Below, in pieces: positions 31,201 to 40,600 of a DNA stretch of 64,000 nt. Source of the stretch: a virus; the IMG/VR virus record IMGVR_UViG_3300021963_000083, positions 20,656 to 84,655 of that record. The stretch is one strand, 5' to 3'. The first letter of the stretch is position 1; each line of letters opens with the position of its first letter. The notes under the pieces were generated by a model. It saw nothing but the letters and a program-made list of their open reading frames with translations. It made no database searches and was not told the origin of the DNA. Position numbers and translations under genes: made by a program.

Positions 31201-33514
31201 TTGCCGCATTTACTTCTCTGAAAGAAGTCTTGAACGACTTGAATTTATCTATGATCGTATCATAAGCGGTTGTAGGAGTTATGCTCTTAATAAAGTCGGT
31301 ATAGCCAGTATTAATACCAGATATAGATTTAGATAGAGAGTCAAATCCTGATTCTATTCTTTTTAATGCAGTACTTGTTATACCAGCTTGTTGTGCTATG
31401 GCAGCTAGTTTTTTATCTGTATCGAGCTTATTGAACTTCTCTGCACCCCCTTGAGCAGCATAAAATGCTTTAGCTACTCCAGGTAGTTGTTTCTCTAAAT
31501 TATCTAGATACTGTGCGCCTGCTTCTGCATCATTCGACAGGTATAATCCACTAGCCTCGTTTTGGAAAGCTTGAGCTGCTTGTGTGCTTGAGGATACGCC
31601 GAGTCTGTTCGCGTTATTTAGAAGTTTTTGCTTATTCTGTAAATTTCTAACTTCCTCAGCATCACCTTTATTAGTGGCTTCTATCAGCTTCTTTTGTAAC
31701 TCTAATCTTTCATTTACCTTCTCTTTTGCTGAGGAGTCTTCCTTTTCTGATTTTCGTCTAGCCTCATAAACAGCTACGTATGCGTCGGCTAGTTCATAGA
31801 TTGTAGCTGATTGGTTTTTAACTGCAGCTACGGCTCTATCAGCCGCGCTAGCTGTGCTTGCTTCTATTTTCTTTAATCCATCTATTTTTTTAGAAGTAGA
31901 ATCTAGTACAGTATTGAATTCTTCGAAGGCTTTAATTGTATCTTCTGTTTGTCCGGTTAGTTTGTTAAATAACGGTCTTCCTATAAATTCCCAGAGTATA
32001 CTTACAACGGCAATAACTTGACCTATTACTGGAAGGAAGTTTAAGAATCCAATTGCGGCTACTTTACCGGCCGCAGCTATACCCTTACCAGTAGCTGTGG
32101 CTGTATTAAGTAAGCCTTTTAATGATTTTTCTGAAGTCTTAGCTGCATTATAATTGACTGTAAACGAGTTACTTAGTGCTCTTACTGTTTCACCTAATTT
32201 TTGCTTACTATTAGCTAAGCCCACTCCCTCCGAGGCTGCGAAGCCCTGTGCTTTAGCTTCTTCAAGTAATACTTTCGACTGAGTTTTCTGTATTGACTCT
32301 AAACTTTTTCTTCTAGCTATTTCAGCTTCTTGTACTTTCTCTTTATTTTTAGCATTTCTATCCATCGAAGCTTTTTCTCTGGCTTCGGACTCTTCTCTGG
32401 CAGCCTTATACTGCTCCGTAGTAGCCTGACCCTGCTTAGCGGCAAGTATATAGTCATTAATAGCTTTTCTTTTACCGCCAGCTAGTGTTTTCTGTCCTTC
32501 TAATTCTGTTACGGCGGCTTTCTTATTATTTTCCGCTGCCTTTAAAGCTGTCTTAGATGCGTCCTGCAATCCAGGAATAATTTGTCCACGTATACTACTT
32601 ACGAATAGAGTAGAGAATCCAAGTAGTATCATCTGACTAGAGGATAAGAAAGATACTAATGGTTTTAGTAGAACATTTATTATGCCTAATCCTGATTTTA
32701 TTAAGTTATCAAATGTTGATGCTAACTGGTTATATGGATTTGGGTCTACTTCTTCTGCTAATCCACCGAATTTTAAAGTACCCTGCTCAACCCAAGCATT
32801 TAGTAGTGCTTGTTGTTTTTGCATTTGAGTCATACTGCCAGCAGTTATATTATTCTGTCTAGCATACTTTTCGGAAGCTTCTGTTATCTTGGTGGTTAAT
32901 CCAAGTTCGTCGACTAGTTCTGGCTCCATCTTAGTGACGGCTAGTATCATACGATTTAACGAATCCGGAACATCTCTACCGAGGGCTAATGAGGCTTCAT
33001 AAGCTACTTTTGTAAGTTTTTCTAAATCGGCTGAGCTTATACCTGAGGTGGAACCTTGTGCTGTAGCTCTCATAGCTTCGGTCGTACTGATTGAGTCTTT
33101 TGTTATATCTTTTAGTCTTGAACTAAGTACACTAAGTGTCTTACCAGTTCTTGCTCCTTGAGCTTCTAATCCTTGTAATAAAGATTCTGCTTGTGCTGCA
33201 TTATTTAATGCACTAAAAGCGGCCGACACGGCGAAGGCGTTCGCTGCAAGTGCTGCGTATGCGCCAACTAAACCATTATTCCCATCTCCGATAGTCTGGC
33301 TTAATTTAGCGAAACTTTTAGTAGAATTAGCAGTACCAATTATACCTTTATTCTGCTTAGAATAGTGATCGTCCGCCTGCTTTCCAGCAGCAACTTGTGC
33401 GTTGCCTAAGCCAGTTACAGCTTTACCAGCTTTATTGATTTGCTTTTCAGCTAATGCTAAGGATCCGTCTTCACGGACCTTGAATGTCATTGTAAATGTT
33501 GCGTCGTTAGCCAT
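28205..33514 (-). CDS. Tail tape measure protein (pb2-like), 1769 aa
   Basis: YAALAANAFAVSAAF, K.EPEL.DELG, long coiled coil, hydrophobic segments, VGEKGPE near C-terminus. Confidence 0.9.
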   Translation of the reverse strand: MANDATFTMTFKVREDGSLALAEKQINKAGKAVTGLGNAQVAAGKQADDHYSKQNKGIIGTANSTKSFAKLSQTIGDGNNGLVGAYAALAANAFAVSAAFSALNNAAQAESLLQGLEAQGARTGKTLSVLSSRLKDITKDSISTTEAMRATAQGSTSGISSADLEKLTKVAYEASLALGRDVPDSLNRMILAVTKMEPELVDELGLTTKITEASEKYARQNNITAGSMTQMQKQQALLNAWVEQGTLKFGGLAEEVDPNPYNQLASTFDNLIKSGLGIINVLLKPLVSFLSSSQMILLGFSTLFVSSIRGQIIPGLQDASKTALKAAENNKKAAVTELEGQKTLAGGKRKAINDYILAAKQGQATTEQYKAAREESEAREKASMDRNAKNKEKVQEAEIARRKSLESIQKTQSKVLLEEAKAQGFAASEGVGLANSKQKLGETVRALSNSFTVNYNAAKTSEKSLKGLLNTATATGKGIAAAGKVAAIGFLNFLPVIGQVIAVVSILWEFIGRPLFNKLTGQTEDTIKAFEEFNTVLDSTSKKIDGLKKIEASTASAADRAVAAVKNQSATIYELADAYVAVYEARRKSEKEDSSAKEKVNERLELQKKLIEATNKGDAEEVRNLQNKQKLLNNANRLGVSSSTQAAQAFQNEASGLYLSNDAEAGAQYLDNLEKQLPGVAKAFYAAQGGAEKFNKLDTDKKLAAIAQQAGITSTALKRIESGFDSLSKSISGINTGYTDFIKSITPTTAYDTIIDKFKSFKTSFREVNAAIEDSGSIGTSTTDLNKRLSETLTGFKGDARNIFSLDVQANLSVFDDVDLKLQNLKAEQAKYNEGTKEYSALANQIGPVEDKRSKIMTAITPLISKQVQDYNKLLANAQEQSILAQGNLAIAQAQLNVIQKQGIVTGDDVARQMKAENAIIALQVEQLKIQKSFLDIDLQKQRNRLKELEDTLELLKSLKDITAEKEKQNIEDQLSILRTQVKTDSNDPKKAVAVAAAEGKIVSLEQAKLNYNKEQQRLTDAISDKKDELRVGDAQSVALQKQITAALMQGNSALERSVASKIKDLENERESLAIQRETRAVKDSITKSEAESLSLLTMANDSTARELDNIGRIARQKRDSLSEEWDIRQQILDQEIKRATGRGNSSQVKYYTNLRDIEKERYDAADALVDVEERGQRIALAAFKNEEDRLNFKKEVLNIEQQIVSAATEAIKAQKDYNLAVFDLMAKRKGIENTEAVQYRRQVQAAQDAFDIAKAEAEGKIAIIRLEFALLKAKRDTMLADIESRSKVLADERKDIADKLAAAKTKKAEAPAATTAAAGTKAPGDIVVTAQQDSVEGLTARLAAVDTQIATFKDASTRLGKVTNESIDRAETNAVDTVQKALDTLGINLQKAMEKGLKSPDGLISMYNNVRNMAADVKDGLMTRTEFVTEGLGAFVNQMKESLQALGPQGEIVLAIGQSAVNISNSFQDTFAVLADAGASAGDKVAAVASAISSVIGGVMSILNATSKAKIENIDKEISAEEKRDGKSAASVAKLDALEKKKDGIARKQFNTNKKLMMAQAVMSTAAGVAGALASSAQVGPIAAAILAGMIGAMGLAQIAIISGTQYESSYTPKAASMPTSLSIGKRSDTVDLAKGPNASAGGEVAYLRGSQGTGSNASNYRTVGSAYGGELMRGYGNRGFVVGEKGPEVITPETPISVTPANDVGGGSPINANFSINAIDSQGIQDVLVSQKGNIIKMLREAANASGKTFMEDVNVNVYTRPSVGKL

Positions 33515-33902
33515 TTCCCTTCTTTTTGACGGAATCCCGTGCTTTTTTCATTTGCTCTGCCGATCTCTGTATTAAATGAGCATCAAGGCGAACTAGAGCT
33601 TCTAGAAAAATATCTTTCTCTGTTACCCCGACTACATCCATGTGTAGTGGTAATGATGTATAATCTTTACCCATATAACCTATATCGGGGTAAACTCTAT
33701 CGCCGAGCCTGTTAAAGACTTCGATTGCTTGCTGCAATGGTATCGGGAAATCTCCGTATTCAGGAGGACATTTATCTTCGGAAGGATCCTGACCCATCTG
33801 GTCACAGAGGGTCAGGTATTTATCCTTCGTCATCCCGATATCAAGGTTCTTGTGCCACTTTTCCAGCCTTTCCCACATCTGCTCCCTTTGTTCCTGAACG
33901 AA
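33507..33902 (-). CDS. Tail assembly chaperone C-terminal part (probably reached by +1 frameshift)
   Basis: YL.LC.QMG.DP....CP.....FP...Q.A...F..L.D.....GY.GKD; overlaps upstream chaperone in +1 frame. Confidence 0.65.
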   Translation of the reverse strand, partial: FVQEQREQMWERLEKWHKNLDIGMTKDKYLTLCDQMGQDPSEDKCPPEYGDFPIPLQQAIEVFNRLGDRVYPDIGYMGKDYTSLPLHMDVVGVTEKDIFLEALVRLDAHLIQRSAEQMKKARDSVKKKGNG

Positions 33903-34293
33903 AGTTCTCAAGATCGAACACCGTATCATTTACCCAGGTATCAAACTCTGATGAGTTAGTAACTAGTAGCTTGGCGTTGTCTTGTGAGTAAGGAAGGAGA
34001 TCTTCTGGATTAACTGAAGATAAGTTAACTAGAATGAAGTCTTCGAGATACTTATACTTAAATCCTTTCCAGTTCTTGATTGTAGCCTTAGTGAACTCTG
34101 AAATGAATTTTTCTTCATTTAGTTCTTCTACTGGCTTACGTGTAGCCTTATCATATTTAGTAATTAGGCAGCGCTTACGTAGCGCTGTTAATTCTGGGCG
34201 AGAGAGGTTTACTACCTCTACTTCGAAGCCTTCGTAGCCTGGATATTCTACCCACGCTGACTTTGTATCGACCATTAGTTCACTTAAATTCAT
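33841..34293 (-). CDS. Tail assembly chaperone (N-terminal part)
   Basis: Position between baseplate tube gene and TMP; I..WKG.K..Y, ends FDLENFR+. Confidence 0.7.
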   Translation of the reverse strand: MNLSELMVDTKSAWVEYPGYEGFEVEVVNLSRPELTALRKRCLITKYDKATRKPVEELNEEKFISEFTKATIKNWKGFKYKYLEDFILVNLSSVNPEDLLPYSQDNAKLLVTNSSEFDTWVNDTVFDLENFRSGTKGADVGKAGKVAQEP

Positions 34294-35217
34294 TTATGCT
34301 CCTTTGTAAAGAGGTTTTACAATTGTTGAGTTGGAATTGAGTCTAAAATCGTAGACTCTGTTAATAAGCTCCTCAAAATTCAATCTTCTTGTAAATACTG
34401 TAGAAGGTAAGTTGAATTGTAATATTGGAGTTGTTGTTGAATATGACTGCTCGTATATTTCTATATTAACGGCTGCAGTCGTACTTGAATCTGATATTGA
34501 ATCTACGTTATCAGACGTAATAAATTGAGTTACTGAACCAGAGAAAGTTCTTTTCTCTAATACATATGAAGTAAGATATTTAATAGTATTCTCTGCTAGA
34601 GACTCCTGTAAGGTGTTCCCATCGTACCATTTTATATCATTTTTTAAATCCATGTTAATGGACGCTATACTATCTAATACTGTACCACCTATTGTGACTC
34701 TCATAGTATCAATAGTAGCGTACTTATTGCCTACTCCATATGTTGGAGTAAATACTGTGCCTGGTATTGCTGTTGGTACATTTCCATGCTTAGAAATCTT
34801 AGACGCAGTACCAGAAACTGACATAGTTATAACAGATCTCATTTCTAAATTAAAAGTAATGGATTCTATAACGCACTTAGCAATCTTATATATAACATTG
34901 TCCGATTCTATATACATATCGAAATTAGTTATAGTGCCAGTACTATATTCTCTAGCTAATGTTAACACTATTGGTGTTGTAGTAATATTTAATACAGGAG
35001 TAGTAAAACTAAAATTGGCCACATTAGCACTATTAACTACAGCGTATTCATGTAGAGATGTTTGGCTGTGCAGTGTTTTTCTAGGGGCGCTTTGCTCGTC
35101 AAATGTCTGAGAAGCACTAATGTCGGAATATATTTCTATAGAGTGCTTATTGGTAGCAGTACCAGTAGCATCTAACTCTACAATATACAGTTTTGCGTTT
35201 TTCTTAAGGTTGTACAT
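34294..35217 (-). CDS. Baseplate tube / minor tail protein (T5 p140-like)
   Basis: SQTF......KTLH, ANFSFT; 307 aa; follows tail tube gene. Confidence 0.7.
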   Translation of the reverse strand: MYNLKKNAKLYIVELDATGTATNKHSIEIYSDISASQTFDEQSAPRKTLHSQTSLHEYAVVNSANVANFSFTTPVLNITTTPIVLTLAREYSTGTITNFDMYIESDNVIYKIAKCVIESITFNLEMRSVITMSVSGTASKISKHGNVPTAIPGTVFTPTYGVGNKYATIDTMRVTIGGTVLDSIASINMDLKNDIKWYDGNTLQESLAENTIKYLTSYVLEKRTFSGSVTQFITSDNVDSISDSSTTAAVNIEIYEQSYSTTTPILQFNLPSTVFTRRLNFEELINRVYDFRLNSNSTIVKPLYKGA

Positions 35218-35268
35218 ATCTTACACGAAGGGGGAGCAAAATTTCTTCTGCTCCCCCGAGTTTCTATA

Positions 35269-35297
35269 ATTATAGAATGGTTGGTCCTTAATGTCAA
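35269..35297 (-). promoter_or_regulatory. Late sigma70-type promoter upstream of the p140-like gene, followed by a GC hairpin (35230-35257)
   Basis: Minus strand TTGACA-17-TATAAT. Confidence 0.75.
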
Positions 35298-35310
35298 GAA
35301 CTATTTTTTA

Positions 35311-36732
35311 TTAGGCTACGTAACGAATTTTTGTTAGTTCATCTGTGCCACTAATAGTTGTTGGCAGGGCGGTGAAGTTTACTTCGAATGCGATTACATC
35401 GTCAATATTAATGCTAGGAATTTCTAAGTGACACTGGCCCATTTCGAACATAATACCTGGAGAGGCCGGATACCCAGCAGTATTGCCCTTTCCACCTACA
35501 AAGAATTCTAGATCGAACTTGTTAGTAACAGTTGTGGTAGCACCTAGAAGATCCTGATAAAGATCTATACTTCCGTTTGTTGCCTCGTCCAGGTAGCAAG
35601 TGAATGATCCTGAAACAGAGCGAGTACCTGTTACGTGCTCAAGTGGCTGATTAACAACACCAATTACTTCTGGTGTTAGGAAACTCATGTTATTACTAAT
35701 CGTGATGCTTCCTCCAGTTAGAGTAACTGCGTAAGTCTTAGCGTTAGGTGTTACACCAACAGCGTTTAGAGCAGTTAGACGGTTACGAATCATGTTACTT
35801 GTTGAAGTAACACCATTAGTGATTAGGGTATAACCAGCAGCTGAGAAGTCTACAGAAGCTACTTCTGAGATTGTTCTACCCATTCCTGACCAAGAAACTG
35901 TTGCGATACCGTCAATTTCAAAGTTAACAGTAGCTTCATTAACACAAGCATTGGCAATTCTATAAATTGTTGTGGCTTCACTTGCAGGGAATACGCCGTT
36001 TGTTGCCCCATCCTGGATGGCTTTATTGGCACCTAGAACAAAATAAAGGTCAAAAGTACCTAGTCTTGTTTTATTTGACCCGGTTGTAAAGAAGTCCAGT
36101 TCTGTTGCTGTTGTAGCGAAGGCAGTAGAAGCTACCTTACCAGAAGTTGCGGTTACTGCTGTTGTACCTGCTGGTGCAGCATAGCTTACTGTGGTATTTG
36201 TTACGGCTGTAACTACGAAGGTATTTGTACCAGTAACTGCAGGGCTACTGTTAGTATAGGTTACTCCAGATACTGAGATTGGATCTCCGACCTTGAAGTA
36301 TGTTCCTCCTGCTGATGCAGCTGTTGTAAATGTAAGTGTAACTACGCCTGAAGCCAGTGCAGCGCCTGTACCAAAAGGAAGACCTGCGGTTTGACCTGCT
36401 GTTGCTGTGTAGTTAGTTTCTGCAAACATAGAGTGCCATAGAATTTCTTCTGGTGCACGAACTACGGTAGCTAGAGTTGGGCGAGCATATGTATCGAAGC
36501 TCCACTCAGCTGGTGCTAGTGAGTCATTGAATGAGCGCTGACCACGACGGCTTCTGCCAGTAGCATCTGCCATTTCATTTAGCGTAATCTGACTTGAATT
36601 TGTTGATTGACTGAATGAGTAACCACTTAGAACTGGGATTTCCCATACGTTGAATGTTGAGGTACCTACAGCCTGAACTGCGTATACCTTTGTATCTCTA
36701 TTGAAGAAGAGGTTTGAATCACCTACTGCCAT
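35311..36732 (-). CDS. Major tail tube protein (pb6-like)
   Basis: EIPVL.GYSFSQ, FND.L.PAEWSF.TY.RP, IDGIAT..WSG, I.NRL, TG.R.VSG....YL. Confidence 0.85.
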   Translation of the reverse strand: MAVGDSNLFFNRDTKVYAVQAVGTSTFNVWEIPVLSGYSFSQSTNSSQITLNEMADATGRSRRGQRSFNDSLAPAEWSFDTYARPTLATVVRAPEEILWHSMFAETNYTATAGQTAGLPFGTGAALASGVVTLTFTTAASAGGTYFKVGDPISVSGVTYTNSSPAVTGTNTFVVTAVTNTTVSYAAPAGTTAVTATSGKVASTAFATTATELDFFTTGSNKTRLGTFDLYFVLGANKAIQDGATNGVFPASEATTIYRIANACVNEATVNFEIDGIATVSWSGMGRTISEVASVDFSAAGYTLITNGVTSTSNMIRNRLTALNAVGVTPNAKTYAVTLTGGSITISNNMSFLTPEVIGVVNQPLEHVTGTRSVSGSFTCYLDEATNGSIDLYQDLLGATTTVTNKFDLEFFVGGKGNTAGYPASPGIMFEMGQCHLEIPSINIDDVIAFEVNFTALPTTISGTDELTKIRYVA

Positions 36733-36754
36733 TTTAATCTCCTAAAGTACTTCA

Positions 36755-37201
36755 CTAGTACTTTACCTGTAGGGTCATCTCTCCGACTCCAAGTGGTGCG
36801 AGAGCTCCCTGATCTGTATCTATGTCTGTTATAATAATATCTCTTGTGTGACCACTGTTACCGGAAGAGTCGACGTATGCCAACCTGCCATTTCTGTCTA
36901 TGATTAATTCGACATCTTCCAGTAACTTTTCAAGAGCCATCGTTGAATCTTCTTCGTTAACGTAAGCACGAAGGATGACGTCTAGGTATCTATCCTTAGC
37001 TCCTCCGCCTTGGTGGACGATAGATTCTGCTCCGGCGACTAAACATATACAAGGAAATTCTTGGATCTCGTCCCAGAATCTCATTTTAGGATATGCCTGT
37101 TCGCCTAAATCTGTTGAATAACCATTAGCATAGCTAACGGTTTTTAGCTTGTCCGTAAGAGCTTCTACAATTGAGCTTCTACGAGTTCTATTTGTAACCA
37201 T
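36755..37201 (-). CDS. Tail terminator protein (p142-like)
   Basis: R..I..AL, FWDEI.EFP, LE.LLEDVE, I.TD.G.L.P.GVGE. Confidence 0.8.
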   Translation of the reverse strand: MVTNRTRRSSIVEALTDKLKTVSYANGYSTDLGEQAYPKMRFWDEIQEFPCICLVAGAESIVHQGGGAKDRYLDVILRAYVNEEDSTMALEKLLEDVELIIDRNGRLAYVDSSGNSGHTRDIIITDIDTDQGALAPLGVGEMTLQVKY

Positions 37202-38602
37202 TTAGGCTCTCCTTGTGTAGAATCGACCTATTGCCATTGCCTGTACGATTTCTCGTACGGATTTGTCAACCAAAGTTCTTGGATCTCTTGCTGGAGTGTT
37301 CCATGGCGGCGCTCCTTTTGTCCTATCAAATACATCGTATGGATCTCTTTGATAATCAAATACAACGCTTGGGTATCCATCTTTTGTAGTCTCTACATTA
37401 ACTATTCGGGTACTGTTTGCAAAACGACCAGTTCTATATACCAGTCCTGGTGCTCCCATGTTATTGGCCACTTGTTCTGGTAGTCTTTTATTAATGATAG
37501 CTATTAATGATGCCCAATTAGTTTTTGGTCTAGCCGTTGCCTCCTCTTTAGGGGCAGATAACTTATTACCTTTAAGTGACTCTTTTTCGGCACTAGTGCT
37601 TGATCGTCCTGTTATTTTTGATTGGGCCTGGCTTTTAGATGAAGTAGCTTTGCTTATTTTTGAGGTCTTGGCTCCACTATTTTTAGCTGCGGTACCTAGT
37701 CTAGAAACTGCTATTTCTACGGCACTGCTGGAACTTTTTGTAGTAAATAGATTTGTACTTTTTAATAAGTACCTTTCCACTTCTTTACTTAATGCATTAA
37801 GAGTAGCTTTTTCCCTGCTAGAATCTCTTTGGTTTCTAAAGGCTGATTCTTCGTTGAGCTTCAAAGTAGTAGTAAATTGCTTTATTAAATTACCTGCCTC
37901 TTTTTTCGCATAGCTAGCTACTTGTATCTTTAATTCTGCTCTATCTTCTTTACTGGCTTTTATTCCAGATAATGCTGTCGAAGCTCCCTTTATAGAAGAT
38001 AGCTTCTTAAGTATTTCAGCCTTTCTTCTAATACTTACTGATCCACTCTTGTCATGACCTAACTGAAATAGACCACTACTTCTTACCTCGTTTCCGTATT
38101 CGTTTATGTATTTATTACCATATAAGGCTTTATCCACAGATTCGGAGTCATCAGCAAAAAATACGTCTAAATGAATCTTATCTCTTAGTCCTGGTAATTT
38201 ACGTGCTCTAACTTGGTTAATAGATCTAAATACATCTATATTTCCTGACCCAGATTTTTTCTTACCACCAGTAGCTATAACTACAAAAGACTCGGCCGTA
38301 CTACCTTTGGAGAATCTTAAAGAAGCCTCTCCCTTAAACTTACGCATTGAATCGTATAAATCTTTTACATAATCTTTTAATAGTGCATGTAGGACTTGTT
38401 TGCGTCTGGCTATTTCACCAGCAGTAGGATTTCCTACAGTCATTATTAGATTATCTAACTGGTATAGAGCCTCTTCGTTTAGACTATTAAGATCTACACT
38501 AAATTCATGTTTATAAGAGTTTAAGGTCTCTCTTAAAGTACTATTAGCCTCTATCTGTTTGGTTATATTACCTACTATAATAGATAGATTGCGACTAGAC
38601 AT
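37202..38602 (-). CDS. Tail completion protein (p143-like, enlarged)
   Basis: C-terminal IN..L...V..NMG.P.L..RTGRFA.S ... PY.VF ... RDPR.L...S.REI. Confidence 0.7.
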   Translation of the reverse strand: MSSRNLSIIVGNITKQIEANSTLRETLNSYKHEFSVDLNSLNEEALYQLDNLIMTVGNPTAGEIARRKQVLHALLKDYVKDLYDSMRKFKGEASLRFSKGSTAESFVVIATGGKKKSGSGNIDVFRSINQVRARKLPGLRDKIHLDVFFADDSESVDKALYGNKYINEYGNEVRSSGLFQLGHDKSGSVSIRRKAEILKKLSSIKGASTALSGIKASKEDRAELKIQVASYAKKEAGNLIKQFTTTLKLNEESAFRNQRDSSREKATLNALSKEVERYLLKSTNLFTTKSSSSAVEIAVSRLGTAAKNSGAKTSKISKATSSKSQAQSKITGRSSTSAEKESLKGNKLSAPKEEATARPKTNWASLIAIINKRLPEQVANNMGAPGLVYRTGRFANSTRIVNVETTKDGYPSVVFDYQRDPYDVFDRTKGAPPWNTPARDPRTLVDKSVREIVQAMAIGRFYTRRA

Positions 38603-39173
38603 TACGGTACATATCTAATATTCTAATAATATGTACTGGCCACTCCGTAGCTAGGCTCGATCCTTTGCTAGTGCTATTATCAATAGAGGTATTACCAAGT
38701 GTACGCTTTTCTTTATACTCTTCTTTGACATACATATGTATTAAGTCTAAGCAGGCCATTCTTAGATCGAGAGGTACAGTAGCGTAGCCAGCTGTATAAG
38801 TTACTTTTACAGCGCCATAGCCTTCAGGCCAGTATGCTGATTTTCCGTGTATGTATATGCAGTCTACATCAGGGTCCACGTAGTATTCTACAGGATCCAT
38901 AGTCACATATGCTTTATCGTAGTCTTCTCTAGTCTGTACGCTCACTACTGCTTTTATTGGCCATTCATTTAATTGTAAGGAAGCCTGGCCCTGTTGTACA
39001 TTAAATGTTTCAACACGTGGAGTAGTGTAGTAGTCTATAATAGAGTGTCCCACGAAAGTTCTTACAAGAACATTTACAGAGTTGATAATGTACTGTAGTT
39101 CAGTATCTGCGTCTGTTTTAGTAATCTTCTTATAAGTTTTGTAATCTTCTAAAGTTACTAATGGTGCTCCCAT
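38595..39173 (-). CDS. Head completion / head-tail connector (p144-like)
   Basis: LVTL..YK, G...VKVTY.AGY...P.DL..A..DL, P.HI.R.LD.YR. Confidence 0.8.
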   Translation of the reverse strand: MGAPLVTLEDYKTYKKITKTDADTELQYIINSVNVLVRTFVGHSIIDYYTTPRVETFNVQQGQASLQLNEWPIKAVVSVQTREDYDKAYVTMDPVEYYVDPDVDCIYIHGKSAYWPEGYGAVKVTYTAGYATVPLDLRMACLDLIHMYVKEEYKEKRTLGNTSIDNSTSKGSSLATEWPVHIIRILDMYRNV

Positions 39174-39186
39174 GGTGTCTCCTAAT

Positions 39187-39218
39187 AAGAAAGGGGGCTG
39201 CTGGTAGCAGCAACCCCC
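39187..39218 (-). terminator. Terminator after capsid gene
   Basis: Minus strand GGGGTTGCTGC-TACCA-GCAGCCCCC-TTTCTT. Confidence 0.6.
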
Positions 39219-39235
39219 TCCCAGTTAATGTAGAA

Positions 39236-40600
39236 TTAAGCGTACTTAAGACCGATAACTGACTTAGCGTTTGGAATGATTTCCTTGAAGCCAAGACGCT
39301 GAGTTGTTGCAAGAACCTTGTGCTGATTTTCAACTAGGTACTGGCTCTCAACTGTTACGCCACGCTGACGTGGAACAACGAAGTTACGTGTGTTAACTGC
39401 TAGCGCGTGGTACTTACCAGTTGCTGCTGCTGGGAATTCGTCGCAAACCATTACGGATGAACCGAAGATCTGACCTACTTCACCAGTTAGCTTTGTAGCC
39501 TGCTGGTTAACTAGGTTGAAGTCCTGGAATTCAGCATCTTCTAGTAGTTCGAAGTAGCACTGCTGTGAAACGATGTATGCAACGTCATTTGGACGTAGAC
39601 CATACTTGCCCATGTTCTTACGTAGGCCTAGTAGAGCAGCTGCGGTTAGCGGTGTTGCTGTACCAGCGGCTGTTACTGTGCGGCTCTGTGTAGAAGCGTA
39701 CTTTAGAAGACCTGATGCAGCTGTTGCTGAAACTGAAGGATATGCACCATCAGCGTGTCCACCAAGAAGGATTAGGTTTTCAACACCACGTGCGTGCTGA
39801 CGGATCATGCCTTCGCGTAGTAGTGGAAGAATTGGGATAATTCCATCTTCTTCTGTTTCGTTACCTAGGTAGCTCTTAGCAATCATCTTGATTGTGCGTA
39901 GTTCGATTTCAGTTAGTGCTATACCATCTTCTGAACCTACTGCAACGCCACGTGAATCAAGAGTACCAGCTGGTGCTGTACCTGGAAGCGCAGCATTACC
40001 TGTGATAGTTGCATAGTTGGTGTCTGGCATGATCGGTAGAACCATGCTTGCAGTTGTCATCGCGATTTCACGGAACATAGGAGCTAGGATTAGTTCTAGC
40101 TGGATATCACGTTCGATATTGATTGAAACTTCGCGCTCGAAGTTATCGCTTGATACAGCAACGGATGACATTGTGTTGACCTTCTGAAGAAGATTCTTTG
40201 CAAACTCTGTGTTATATCCCTTTCCAGTGATACGACCTAGTAGGAATGCATCGTCCATTTCCTGGGCGAATTGCTTCTGCCATTCGTTGCTGTTGCCGCC
40301 ACGGTCAGCGAATACACGCTTGCTGTTAGCAATGTTCTGTAGTTCAGCTGACTTTTCAGCTAGTTCTGTACGTAGACCTTCGAGCTTTGTATTTAGGTCT
40401 GTGTTGTCATCCTTGAAGCGCTTTTCTAGTTCTGCGAATAGCTTTTCTTCTGAAGATGCGATAACTTGTGCTACGATCTTTTCGTTAGCAGCCTTTTCGT
40501 CAGCAGCCTTCTGTGCAGCAGCTGCATCAGCGGCAGCCTTTGCTGCCATTGCGTCTGCAATGCCTTTCTGAATCTGTGCGTTAATTGTTTCGTCGTCCAT
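39236..40600 (-). CDS. Major capsid protein precursor (HK97 fold with delta domain) from internal start, 454 aa
   Basis: GAGGAAAATTAAA-ATG at 40600 in frame; A/K/E-rich scaffold, VSS..FE..VS.NI. Confidence 0.8.
   Translation of the reverse strand: MDDETINAQIQKGIADAMAAKAAADAAAAQKAADEKAANEKIVAQVIASSEEKLFAELEKRFKDDNTDLNTKLEGLRTELAEKSAELQNIANSKRVFADRGGNSNEWQKQFAQEMDDAFLLGRITGKGYNTEFAKNLLQKVNTMSSVAVSSDNFEREVSINIERDIQLELILAPMFREIAMTTASMVLPIMPDTNYATITGNAALPGTAPAGTLDSRGVAVGSEDGIALTEIELRTIKMIAKSYLGNETEEDGIIPILPLLREGMIRQHARGVENLILLGGHADGAYPSVSATAASGLLKYASTQSRTVTAAGTATPLTAAALLGLRKNMGKYGLRPNDVAYIVSQQCYFELLEDAEFQDFNLVNQQATKLTGEVGQIFGSSVMVCDEFPAAATGKYHALAVNTRNFVVPRQRGVTVESQYLVENQHKVLATTQRLGFKEIIPNAKSVIGLKYA

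Noticed and set aside
38130-38138. DnaA box TTATCCACA
   Set aside because: Isolated, inside a coding sequence; compatible with chance
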